From a virus: a stretch of DNA of 64,000 nt. The notes under the pieces are model-generated. The model was given only the letters and a program-made list of their open reading frames with translations, was not told the DNA's origin and searched no databases. Positions 46,901-55,426 of this stretch are shown here, piece by piece (within the stretch, counting starts at the first letter, position 1; the number at the start of each line of letters is the position of its first letter). Location of the stretch: positions 32,001 to 96,000 of IMG/VR virus record IMGVR_UViG_3300008740_000712; one strand, written 5' to 3'. Made by a program: the position numbers and the translations under genes.

Positions 46901-49900
46901 ACATTTTCCTGAGATGTGTATTTCGTTTGAATAATCTTTCCGGTTGCGTCGTCACACTCAGAGGGGTCGTAATTATATTTTGTTTCCAAATGCGATTCCA
47001 AAAGAGGATCGATACTATTCTTCTTCACAGCATTAAGTTGCACCGGATCTTTGCCAAACCTCCTGATGCTTAGTAGGGAATTGTTTTCATACTTTGTTCC
47101 GAAATCATTTGCATAAGTTACATTGAATGTCGGAAGTTTTGGAGCAGGGTCTGTATATCCTCTCGATGATGCGACTTTTTTGAGAACCGAGTTTTCCGCA
47201 ACTCCGTCCAAACCGTAAAATGCCTTGTCTGCATATATATCCAAATTTGAGGAGCCGGAAACAGTGTGCTTCAAGTAGGCATTTTTCTTTTTCTTCATGG
47301 ATCTAGACAGTGATGCTGTCTGCTCCACAGAAGAGGAGAGTGCCTTCATTGTATCCGAACCACCAAAACTGAATCCGAAAAAAGTTGTCTTTGAGTTGTG
47401 CTGCCTCTGTAATACCCTAAGTCTTGCCTTTGCTCTTTTGAATTTCTTCTTTATCTGATTGTACTCTCTCAGTAGTTTTATACTCTTTTCGTCATTGTTT
47501 CTTGCCTTGAACGAAAACTCACTTCGGCCGGAGAAATAATTTTCTTCGAGGTTTTCGGGTTTTAGATGCCTTCGGACATTTGCTGCTACGGAAACTTTCT
47601 GTATATCCTTGAATGCAAATGGGCTGCCACCGGTATCTTCATCGTAATCGGTGTAGGGCCCGAGTGCTCCAGGAAGATCATCAACAGATGCGTCACCCTT
47701 AGATTCCCCGTCCTCACCTTTGCCAAGTGGAATCCTCTCACTTTTAGACATCCAATCTTCATCCCAGGGTGGCCACCATTTTGTTTTTAATATTGCACCG
47801 AACTCGGTTCCGTCAGGTTTGCCGTCTTTTTTCATAGGAATGTGACCGGAAGCAATCATTGCCTTAAACTCCGGATTCATTATCGTCTCTTTCAATTTAC
47901 CCTTTTGTGATGCAACTTTGCCGTCCTCAAATGTCGTCACTTGTATGTCCTCTCCTTGCCAGAGGATCTTGGGGACTCTCCTGGCAGCAGGCAACTGCTC
48001 AGACAGAGCAGGTTTATAGAGAAGCATGTCAGCATCGTAAGCCATAACAAGAGGAGAGATTGAAGACTGTATTGTCCTAGCTAGCATCTCCTCAACTATC
48101 TCTGGTTCTGGGACGGAATCATATACATTTTTTTCACACTTCTTTTCGTCTTCGTCGTCTTTGTCGGTGGTGGGATCTTTGCCCAAAGACATATCCAACA
48201 GGTCATTAAATCTTCTCTTTCGATCTTCCTGTGCTTTTTTTAACAAGTCTTCTATCTGCTCCTTTGATAGTTTACTGTTTAAGACATCTCTCATGAACCT
48301 CTCTTTATCGAAGAGATCCTCTTCCTGACTTGAGAAGCAGAATGTGGATGAATTCTTACCCAACTGAGTGGCATCATCGGCAGCTGCCAAAACTTTGTCC
48401 CTCAACTTATCCAGTCCGGTGAATACTCCCAATATTCCAAATGCCTGGTTAAAGAATTCTGGATTGTCGGATAAAAATGAGAGGTGTGGATACTTCGTAT
48501 TTGTCACCTTCGCAACTACCTCCAGAGTATTGATGGATGCCTCACCCGCAAGGAGTCTGAGTATCTCATCTGGTGGTACGAGGGAGGAAACATCCCTCAT
48601 TATGCTGCCCAAGTCTTTGGTCGGGTTGCAGAAAATCTGCTCACGCAATGCCTGTCTCGGTGTCCCCTTTCGTTTCTTGAGGGGTTTAGCAGCATACTCC
48701 TCATCGTTATCTGACTCGTTCATCCACGACTCTGAGATTCCTGATTTTCTTGCTTCCACTTCTTGGGGGGTAACAATATCAAAATCTTCCACGGCCGCAC
48801 TGTAATCTCTCTCTTCACCCGTAATCGGATCTCTGTACTTTGTTACAACACCATTCTTTATAGCTTTTTCTAAAAATTGCCCGGTTTCGTTCATGAACTC
48901 CTCAGTCTGCTTCATTATATCAGCAGTTACTCCGATTAATTCCTGTGAGAGTGGGTTTTTAGAAATCTCACCTAAATCACCTGTAGCAATTTTGTCTAGC
49001 AAGTCTCCGAAGTTGTCGGCAAACTTTGCCATCTCTGTGCCTGCAAAATCTCCCTCCAACACTTTCCCTATGTCATTACATGAAACAGACAATTGCTCAA
49101 ACAAGTTCATGAAAATGGACATGGTAGTATCCACGACCAACCTCACGACTGCCTCCTCAAGAAGTTTCAAGAGGGCTCCGAAAGGGTTGTTGGTCGGTAG
49201 TTTCGGAATTCCCATAGGTCCACCGAATTCAGGAATGTCGATACCGAAAGCATTAAAGACTGCCATCAAGAGAAGTTGGCAAAAAACTTCGAGATCAAAG
49301 ACCTCTTCGATAATTGCAACAAGTTCATCGAGCATCCCATCATCGAAGGGGTGGGCATCGTAAATCCCCGATGACCTGCGATTAAACCTTTTTGGAGTCC
49401 CATGCATATCATTTAACTGATCGTGGATTCGGTTTAATCTAGTGAACGAATTTGAACTCCTGTCTATAATATCCCTCTGATCGTCTCCCATCCTCCACCA
49501 ATGCATTGCGTTTTTCGTTAAGGACGAATCGTTTCTGAGGACAAGCTTGGGGTTAGAGAGAGTTTTCGCGTTTGTGGAGTTTAACTCCTTTTTGAAAATT
49601 ACAACTTCGTCAAGGAATCCTGTGTAGTTTTTCGTCTTATTTCCTGAGCAGGCAAACGTAATTGGGGCAGAAGAGTTAAAGACTTTAGTAAAGTTAGAAT
49701 AATTCCTTACTTTTGAATTCTTGTCTTCTTCTCCGTTTATATATATCTTTATCTTGCCTCTTGGTCCGTTAAAGGTAACAAGAACATGGTGCCAATCTGA
49801 ATCGAAAACTCTCTTGCTGGATATGATCTCTTTTCTGTCTGCATAGTGGCCATTGCCGTGGAAAGTTACCTTTATATTTCTCTCCGATCCCACCTTGACT

Positions 49901-51180
49901 GCAAATGCTCTCTCTGCCTCCGGTCTTGTCCTATAGTGACTAAAGATATGGGTTCCATTCTTGTTGTCATCCGATCTTGCTCGGACCCACAGGGAGATAG
50001 AGAATTCTTGAAGATTTTCGTGTATCCCACCGGTGATTGGTTCTGCCTGCATATACGATCGCCCAGTGAACTTTATTGCCTTCACATTCTGTTGCTCTCT
50101 TAATTTCTCCCACTTCTTTCGAACCGTTCTAAGCCTGGGGTCGAAAGTCTCGAATTGTGAAATTGTCGGAATTATTCTCTTTATGCCGAATTCTTTCAGG
50201 AGTTCCCGGCACTCTAGTGATGGCAGGGTACACTCCATCACTTTGCCCATTATGGTAGTGGGACATACCTTATTTAATATATCTGTCCAAAGTTTATGAT
50301 GCTTGATCTGATAATCCATCGTGGCACCAAGTCTAGATCTAATTGCTTCGAGGTTTTCTTTTTCAAAAAACAAATCAGATGATTTGGCAAATGATGTCTT
50401 CTCCCTCTCGTACTGCTCCCCAAAGATGGACAAAGTTTCGTTAGAGGGGTTCCTCGTTATCTTCTCGAAGTAACCTTTCTGCTCTGACCGATCAGAAAGA
50501 GACATTCTCAATTTATCGGCATTTGGTGGTTCATCTAGAGAATCTCCAACTTTCTCAACCGTGACCCACGAAGTGAGGTATCTATCTACAAACTGCTTCC
50601 ACCCTACTGGTGATGGGGTTGACTTGTGAGACTGCCCCCTGCGTTTCTTAACCTCGTCCTTAACGAGTGGAAGAACTTTCTCTTGCACAAATTCGGGCAT
50701 CACGCATCCTGGCTCATCAAGAAGTGACTTGTCGGGAATCTTTGCTGGGTTTACTGTCTTTTTCGCAAGCTCCACAATCTCATCTAGATTTCCAAGAATT
50801 ATCGTCAAGTTCGAATTTTTGACCACAAGGCTGTGCTTTTTTGGGTGGGGAATGGCGTGATGTTTGCTGTCCTTCCCAACAAGTTCATATTCCCCATTGC
50901 TGTAGATGTAGTCGTCGTATTTCTCTATCTCCTCCAACGCGTTGACTTCTTGCAAGTGTTCCATAATCTCGTTGTCTAGGGCACCTAGTTTGTTTCCTAT
51001 GTTTCTCTCAAAATCAAAACCGACGACTTTGTATTGCTTATTTCGAATCGATTCTTTCATCTCATCATTGAGGGTATTCATATACTCCCTGACGATTGAG
51101 ATCTTCTTCCCAGTCTTGGACTTGGAGAAACTCTTCTTTTCTGATAAATCTCCAATGTATATTTTTACATAATTTCTCAT
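43996..51180 (-). CDS. Giant (2394-aa) baseplate-associated protein with a LamG domain and a His-rich motif
   Basis: LamG pattern FSISLWVR...WHHVLVTF...IYING...GFLDEVVIF at roughly 49500-50030, HxH repeats near the C-terminus, long helical regions. Confidence 0.7.
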   Translation of the reverse strand: MRNYVKIYIGDLSEKKSFSKSKTGKKISIVREYMNTLNDEMKESIRNKQYKVVGFDFERNIGNKLGALDNEIMEHLQEVNALEEIEKYDDYIYSNGEYELVGKDSKHHAIPHPKKHSLVVKNSNLTIILGNLDEIVELAKKTVNPAKIPDKSLLDEPGCVMPEFVQEKVLPLVKDEVKKRRGQSHKSTPSPVGWKQFVDRYLTSWVTVEKVGDSLDEPPNADKLRMSLSDRSEQKGYFEKITRNPSNETLSIFGEQYEREKTSFAKSSDLFFEKENLEAIRSRLGATMDYQIKHHKLWTDILNKVCPTTIMGKVMECTLPSLECRELLKEFGIKRIIPTISQFETFDPRLRTVRKKWEKLREQQNVKAIKFTGRSYMQAEPITGGIHENLQEFSISLWVRARSDDNKNGTHIFSHYRTRPEAERAFAVKVGSERNIKVTFHGNGHYADRKEIISSKRVFDSDWHHVLVTFNGPRGKIKIYINGEEDKNSKVRNYSNFTKVFNSSAPITFACSGNKTKNYTGFLDEVVIFKKELNSTNAKTLSNPKLVLRNDSSLTKNAMHWWRMGDDQRDIIDRSSNSFTRLNRIHDQLNDMHGTPKRFNRRSSGIYDAHPFDDGMLDELVAIIEEVFDLEVFCQLLLMAVFNAFGIDIPEFGGPMGIPKLPTNNPFGALLKLLEEAVVRLVVDTTMSIFMNLFEQLSVSCNDIGKVLEGDFAGTEMAKFADNFGDLLDKIATGDLGEISKNPLSQELIGVTADIMKQTEEFMNETGQFLEKAIKNGVVTKYRDPITGEERDYSAAVEDFDIVTPQEVEARKSGISESWMNESDNDEEYAAKPLKKRKGTPRQALREQIFCNPTKDLGSIMRDVSSLVPPDEILRLLAGEASINTLEVVAKVTNTKYPHLSFLSDNPEFFNQAFGILGVFTGLDKLRDKVLAAADDATQLGKNSSTFCFSSQEEDLFDKERFMRDVLNSKLSKEQIEDLLKKAQEDRKRRFNDLLDMSLGKDPTTDKDDEDEKKCEKNVYDSVPEPEIVEEMLARTIQSSISPLVMAYDADMLLYKPALSEQLPAARRVPKILWQGEDIQVTTFEDGKVASQKGKLKETIMNPEFKAMIASGHIPMKKDGKPDGTEFGAILKTKWWPPWDEDWMSKSERIPLGKGEDGESKGDASVDDLPGALGPYTDYDEDTGGSPFAFKDIQKVSVAANVRRHLKPENLEENYFSGRSEFSFKARNNDEKSIKLLREYNQIKKKFKRAKARLRVLQRQHNSKTTFFGFSFGGSDTMKALSSSVEQTASLSRSMKKKKNAYLKHTVSGSSNLDIYADKAFYGLDGVAENSVLKKVASSRGYTDPAPKLPTFNVTYANDFGTKYENNSLLSIRRFGKDPVQLNAVKKNSIDPLLESHLETKYNYDPSECDDATGKIIQTKYTSQENVFSKVISSKWKSAYGRDLDEGLIKSELLDSIDDGDDDDMMGSTYDDIMRKVMISLATEVRNTPLLSKIEGTENEDTGDSAIGIQFADFNPTQSEIHKKHGLDPRIMDFKSFTKQVQDDYKFFKDCKLGEVNRDGKRKYKTPLSMALRAAHPNMVARLYSLEYLLQAIFPVIEFNSELDPTTEKMLMDKIRNDMRKRPGYFKEFSDNTLEMQNLKAEYGLLKEDTSETIDESFMPILRKEYAFVLEKLRQVVLKECPPDTSEDEGETGTDPNPASNSNTEGVPGNFALELKKILIDNISMLDVVDNRFSKIRVGLNRNQRNSLRRTKRAIRRTKRLVGMTNKIVRDHGVEIMEKYDLVDIFDSDKDRRDALKDRRKRFKEKQKRRRELLKNRAVRQKARYKDKNRLEILGRGQIYLERYIRNTSGNIVKTIGQKDVNLNSSKHLLNSKVEKYGIRLVYVELADHKRERTTPDGEEVSIEELITLAASNKDDAYVVNDNEFLAGFNYPKDGGTKHKRYWRKEKEDYDKEYTIRNAKPRPNKTKTFFVHPLAEYEVDADDLLGLLGISRDDSDKVECFALEGFTGPGIAERKNVGVPDHYHEYEVDANGNGHTTAVLVGDDNKYDVVDHEHEIVDFKVQNEVYVFPRSVVRENHVHELVQDSDIEEGQDTITGKVSRKIFDHLSRELIDTEDFRVMFEYCFNLQDVSSVISSYSFLANSTREMQKMFDVTKRRLENYLFNASEGSNYFNSATGCNEAQMAKSMFNMGNSNMDDLWNPSLLLLLLMTPLHIYKGWSKMADPHVLITQTIVELGQAGFLIPKMVEQKIEIPFTDPVDCETLMLPTFPGEKIGFPGFTQLVALGVTFAPCLVMLPPFPPTPFGLIYYLLVDPLLMLMSPWANELMKNDPNLQRGLENAGLNLQDPIPLCIPEEEEEEEESGGRTPRKQKPDEDDSCAPSGPDPVSVGGYGKSNC

Positions 51181-52088
51181 TAATTTACCTTATTGAACTT
51201 ACTGTTTATATAACTTTTTCCATGAGGCATCATATATGTGTCTCGAAATAGTTGCAAATTCTTAGTGAAGTCCAGAAGTCCCATTGTCACATCCTGGAAG
51301 TGGTTTTGGAGGGTTTGCAATCCCTGATCTATTAACGTGTCACTTGGCAGTGTCGGGATTCCATAGAACGGGGAAATATGAAAATGAGTCATCGTTGCGA
51401 TATTGAACGTGTCTTGCTGCATGGCAAAAGAATTTAGTATTCCAGACAGATCGTAAACAAGGGCAGTCAGTTCATCAATGGCCATGACCAAATTATGACC
51501 CTTTGGGATGGGCTGTAAGTCCGTGTCGTCGTTGTTCGCAATAATTTCTACGCCAGAATATGTCTCTATCTTTCCATCCTTGGAGTTAGTTGAATCTCCT
51601 CCGGAAATTATTTTAATCCCCTCTCTGCCAATAACTCGAACGGCATCGGCCTTGACGGCAATTGCGGATCTTTCATACGATGGGCCTAAGTCTCCAGCAC
51701 AAATTCCAAAGTTTGAATCAACGTCTGTTTTTTGTGAAATGTGGATTCTGGCAGCATCATTAGTAAAATCTGGATTCACATGCTCTTCCGCATATCCGAC
51801 TCTGCCGACGACAAGATCCATCGAACTAGCACCAGTGTGTCCTAGTCCACCATATCCACTACCCATATGGGATGGTCTGTCTCTACCCACTACGATATTA
51901 GCATTAGCTGTCTCTCCGAAAACCTGTTCCGAATCAGTCCTTATCAGTTGAGGAAATCCTTCGGAGATTGCTCCACCGGCCAGGCCAGATGTTGCAATAT
52001 CTTGAATTGGTGACTTCCTTCTGTGCTTCGACTTAGCATAAGAATCACTAAAAGAATTATCTATGTTTTTTGTCCTGTTTCTCGTCAA
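51180..52088 (-). CDS. Putative baseplate central spike protein
   Basis: Beta-repeat segment (AIAVKADAVRVIGREGIKII) and a C-terminal HxH motif (THFH), as in metal-capped spikes; sits beside the gp5-like gene. Confidence 0.55.
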   Translation of the reverse strand: MTRNRTKNIDNSFSDSYAKSKHRRKSPIQDIATSGLAGGAISEGFPQLIRTDSEQVFGETANANIVVGRDRPSHMGSGYGGLGHTGASSMDLVVGRVGYAEEHVNPDFTNDAARIHISQKTDVDSNFGICAGDLGPSYERSAIAVKADAVRVIGREGIKIISGGDSTNSKDGKIETYSGVEIIANNDDTDLQPIPKGHNLVMAIDELTALVYDLSGILNSFAMQQDTFNIATMTHFHISPFYGIPTLPSDTLIDQGLQTLQNHFQDVTMGLLDFTKNLQLFRDTYMMPHGKSYINSKFNKVN

Positions 52089-52098
52089 TGGTTTTTAC

Positions 52099-53310
52099 CT
52101 ATGATTTCTTTGCAAAGCTTTTGTTTGCTTTTTTCCTCTGTGCCAGGGAACCGTGTCCCTTTAATTCTATGTGAGCCGGGTCCCATCCTATGCGATACTT
52201 CTTCCACAATGTCTGCTGTGCTGCTTTTCCACTCGGTGGCCATTTGCCTCCCCAAGTCAGCCCGCCGACCCTTTCTGCTTCTTCTCCGAGTGCTTTCCAA
52301 AACTTGGCAATTTGTTCTGTCTTGCCATTTCCCCAATGTAAACTCTTTCCAGACCTAAAGTCTCTCGGATGTCCGTGTATGATGTCTGCACCCATTGATG
52401 CAGGGGCATTGGGGCCTGTTTCGTTATTGTGGAAACTAAATTGCACCTTGCTCTTGTTGGTGTCATATAGATGCTTTTGTACGGCAGAAGATCTCCACCC
52501 GAAAAAGACATAGGCAGGAAAACCTCTTGCCTTCAATCTAGAGATAATTAACTTTACTTTTTGCCTCAACACCGGGTGCATACTTTCAAGAATTTTGTCT
52601 TGTGACCAATTATTCGCATCAGACTTGCCAGACCAGTCCTTGTTAGATGGGGCGGGTTGGGTAGACACTGTTGTTTCTGTTGACTGACCTTGTTCTGTTG
52701 GTGGTGGAGCAGGTGACATGGATATTTCAGGAGCTGTGTCGAAGGTGGCCAACAAACTATCCACTACCGACTTGCCGATTTCAAGGATTCCGGACATGAA
52801 ACTACCCGGCTTGTGATAAACATCAACAATAATTCCTTCCGTAAAATCTTTCCTGTTTCGGAAGTCACACTCAACAAGATCACCAACTTGGGGAGTTGCT
52901 TGGGTGTTGTCCATCATAGTGAAGGTATCATGCATGTGAACATACAGATCGTCAAAGGTCGGGTTATCTGGATCAAAAGATAAGTTCGTTGGCTCTGGAA
53001 TTGCTGCGTGTAACTCTGGTATTCTTACTATGAATTGCCTTATTTCTGTTCCTCCAGGAACTCTAAGGTTTGCTTTTTGGTGTTTAGAGAAGTCTTTAGT
53101 AGAATCCTTATTGGACAGAACCTTCAGTACATATCCCGTCCAAGTTTGAATATCATTTACATCAGAACTCTCAGTCCCGGAAATGATCTTCCTCAGTCTA
53201 TCTAGTTGACTTACTTCTTGGGGATTGTCATAGGCAAGAGAGTCGGTATCTGACTTTATGGTATTGAGGGTGCCGTGTTTCCATTTTCTTACCTTCTTAT
53301 CATTCGACAT
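52099..53310 (-). CDS. gp5-like baseplate hub protein with an M15 (L-Ala-D-Glu-type) peptidoglycan peptidase domain
   Basis: N-terminal OB-like segment (IVRIPELH...PQVGDLVECDF), a Pro/Thr linker, then GWRS...SFHN...GADI...WGGKW...DPAHIEL (His-Asp-His Zn ligands of M15). Confidence 0.8.
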   Translation of the reverse strand: MSNDKKVRKWKHGTLNTIKSDTDSLAYDNPQEVSQLDRLRKIISGTESSDVNDIQTWTGYVLKVLSNKDSTKDFSKHQKANLRVPGGTEIRQFIVRIPELHAAIPEPTNLSFDPDNPTFDDLYVHMHDTFTMMDNTQATPQVGDLVECDFRNRKDFTEGIIVDVYHKPGSFMSGILEIGKSVVDSLLATFDTAPEISMSPAPPPTEQGQSTETTVSTQPAPSNKDWSGKSDANNWSQDKILESMHPVLRQKVKLIISRLKARGFPAYVFFGWRSSAVQKHLYDTNKSKVQFSFHNNETGPNAPASMGADIIHGHPRDFRSGKSLHWGNGKTEQIAKFWKALGEEAERVGGLTWGGKWPPSGKAAQQTLWKKYRIGWDPAHIELKGHGSLAQRKKANKSFAKKS

Positions 53311-53602
53311 TCTCTTTACTCTCCTGAATCAAGTCAAAGAGATCTTCCTTGTCCCTCATTGAAAGTCCGGTGTCGGAGGTGGTTTTCTTATGCATTATAC
53401 CAACAAGTTTAACCAATTGCTCGTTTGACCTCTGTAGTGTTTCCACATACTTTGCTGCGACGGTGCCGACCTCGACGTGACGTTCTTTGGAAGCACTCAA
53501 GTATTCCATAATATCATTGAGTAAAGTTCTAGTTACTGCTCTGTCGTTCTTTATGTTGGAGATTGCTTTTGCTATTTCTTTTTCAATCTTATCAGATGCC
53601 AT
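53300..53602 (-). CDS. Helical hypothetical protein
   Basis: 100-aa ORF coupled to both neighbours. Confidence 0.75.
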   Translation of the reverse strand: MASDKIEKEIAKAISNIKNDRAVTRTLLNDIMEYLSASKERHVEVGTVAAKYVETLQRSNEQLVKLVGIMHKKTTSDTGLSMRDKEDLFDLIQESKENVE

Positions 53603-54290
53603 CTTTATCCCACCTCGTTTTAAATTGAGAATACTTTTGTCTTAATCTATTAAGTCCGCCGACAACTTGTTTCGTATTTAACCCGGTTATTTCTCTTATA
53701 TAGAAGTAAATAGCTTTTTTGTTGAAAATTTCAATGTTGTCGGATGACTCAAAAAGTTGCTTGATGGCACCTAGAACCTTTCTTTCGTTCTCTTTTAGAT
53801 CCATTTTTTCCCATTCATCGATGTTGTCCCAGAACAGGCTCCAAAATTCTTTAGATTCTCTAATCTCAAAATAGTGATTTGTGGTTGACATATGTGCCTG
53901 CTCCAAATCTTTTGGCATTTCGTCGTAATACACTTCTCGCTTGTTTTGTGCCGTGTTTCTCTTTACCTTGTGGATGAACCAATTTTTTGTAATTACCGAA
54001 AAATATGAGAATGCTTTCGAACCCTTATTGGGATCGAACTTGTCCAAAATAGTTGTTAGAAAAACCTTACACTCCGATTTAAGATCTTCTATGTTTGGCA
54101 AAGTAGTGAACTTATATGTATAAACAATCTTGTCCACCATCTCATTAAATGCTGGGTTTATAAGATCTACATATAGTTGTGTCTTCTTTTCTCGACTATC
54201 CGTTGTAGAGTATTCTACTATGGCATCTTCGTGAATTTTGGTAAAATATAATTTACCCTTCTTCTTGCGTTTTGGTGTTTGCATCGTCAT
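53592..54290 (-). CDS. Phage late-transcription sigma factor (T4 gp55-like)
   Basis: YFT...AI.EY N-terminus and EDLKSECKVFL...KFDPNKGSKAFSYFSVITKNWFI, matching sigma region 2 of gp55-like factors. Confidence 0.75.
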   Translation of the reverse strand: MTMQTPKRKKKGKLYFTKIHEDAIVEYSTTDSREKKTQLYVDLINPAFNEMVDKIVYTYKFTTLPNIEDLKSECKVFLTTILDKFDPNKGSKAFSYFSVITKNWFIHKVKRNTAQNKREVYYDEMPKDLEQAHMSTTNHYFEIRESKEFWSLFWDNIDEWEKMDLKENERKVLGAIKQLFESSDNIEIFNKKAIYFYIREITGLNTKQVVGGLNRLRQKYSQFKTRWDKDGI

Positions 54291-54528
54291 TTGTCTCTTG
54301 CATTTCTCCCAAAAAGATTGATAATTCTTTTGAGTGCTCTAAAAGGGAGCCTAGGGTGTCATCTCCGTAATATGTGTCTAAGTTGTAAACAATTTCCAGA
54401 TGCTCACGGAAGGACTCGACGGCCTCGAAGCTTTCATCTACCCTTGAGTATGTCTCCAGTGCTTTTCTGGAAACTACAAAAAGGAGTAGTGTTAAAATAA
54501 TGTTTAAAATAATAGATATATATATCAT
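54253..54528 (-). CDS. Small membrane-anchored hypothetical protein
   Basis: Likely start is the ATG at 54528 (ATGA overlap with the FmdB-like stop): MIYISIILNIILTLLLFVV, then LDTYYGDDTLGSLLEHS. Confidence 0.7.
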   Translation of the reverse strand: MIYISIILNIILTLLLFVVSRKALETYSRVDESFEAVESFREHLEIVYNLDTYYGDDTLGSLLEHSKELSIFLGEMQETNDDANTKTQEEG

Positions 54529-54782
54529 TCGATAATCCTCGACGAGAGAGTTTCTCTTTCTCCCTTGATTTCTTCTTTTGTTTCTTCTATGAATTTTTTC
54601 ACTTCTGTGCCCGCGGGCTTTTCTGAGTTTGTCTCTTTGGTTTTGCCTAGAGAAAAGTCGGAAATCCTTTTTTGGATTTCTCCCTTTCCACACTCTACAC
54701 AATTATCTACTCTTTCCGCCATGCCATGTCGGACTTCGAAAATCTCTTTGCAGGATAGACATTCATAAATATATTTCGGCAT
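54525..54782 (-). CDS. FmdB-family zinc-ribbon protein
   Basis: MPKYIYECLSC...CVECG...IQKRIS. Confidence 0.85.
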   Translation of the reverse strand: MPKYIYECLSCKEIFEVRHGMAERVDNCVECGKGEIQKRISDFSLGKTKETNSEKPAGTEVKKFIEETKEEIKGERETLSSRIIE

Positions 54783-54970
54783 TAGAGGGAACTATCTTCC
54801 ACTCCAGATTCATCAATCTTGAAAGTGGGGGGGTTATTCACCACCAACTCACCCTCAGAACTTACGTCAAATTCAAGTTCGTCTAAGATTACAGTTATAT
54901 CAGACTGCTCCAATAGACACTTCTGTAGTGCCATCATGAGAGTGCCATTTGCTTGTTTGCTCAATTTCAT
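54782..54970 (-). CDS. Small hypothetical protein
   Basis: 62-aa ORF with an AAAGGA SD upstream. Confidence 0.7.
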   Translation of the reverse strand: MKLSKQANGTLMMALQKCLLEQSDITVILDELEFDVSSEGELVVNNPPTFKIDESGVEDSSL

Positions 54971-55030
54971 ATTATAATTCCTTTCACATATGATTTATAT
55001 TATAGGGTAAATGTTCTATAAATTTAAGAA

Positions 55031-55039
55031 ATAAATAGT
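55031..55039 (-). promoter_or_regulatory. Candidate late promoter ACTATTTAT; a TATAAT box also lies at 55004-54999
   Basis: Exact 9-mer in the AT-rich gap separating the glycan cluster from the morphogenesis operon. Confidence 0.55.
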
Positions 55040-55426
55040 CTAATCACCTTTTTGGATACGATAGCTGTCCTCATCGAAATGTTGTGTTGAAAATTCAAAC
55101 AACTCTGAATTGTCGATCGCGATCATTTGGTGTCTCAATCCCCTGTAGACGTGAAAGTTTTCACCTGGTTCAAGAATTATCTCTTTACAATTCTCCAAAT
55201 CGTCTTCGTCGGAATAGAGAACCCTCATCCTCCCCGACTGTAAGTAGAAAACCTCGTCTTTCAATTTGTGATAATGCCAAGAGCATCGTTTTCCGGCCTC
55301 GAAGAAAAGTAACTTTCCGCAATATTCTTCGCAATTAACAATCCATCGTTCCCATCCCCACCCCTTGTCAACGTGGTTCATGGGTAATTCTACACTGTTC
55401 ATATCACTGTCTCCTATTTCTTCCAA
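55040..55426 (-). CDS. Cupin-fold sugar isomerase-like protein
   Basis: KGWGWE...SWHYHKLKDEVFY...GLRHQM (HxH...E...H cupin ligands). Confidence 0.8.
   Translation of the reverse strand: MEEIGDSDMNSVELPMNHVDKGWGWERWIVNCEEYCGKLLFFEAGKRCSWHYHKLKDEVFYLQSGRMRVLYSDEDDLENCKEIILEPGENFHVYRGLRHQMIAIDNSELFEFSTQHFDEDSYRIQKGD

Noticed and set aside
52085-52336. ORF embedded in the peptidase gene as a lysis accessory
   Set aside because: No TM helix or lipobox; composition is consistent with an off-frame read.
54529-54702. Basic N-terminal extension of the 54253 ORF
   Set aside because: It is an off-frame read of the FmdB-like gene; the ATG at 54528 gives a clean coupled start.
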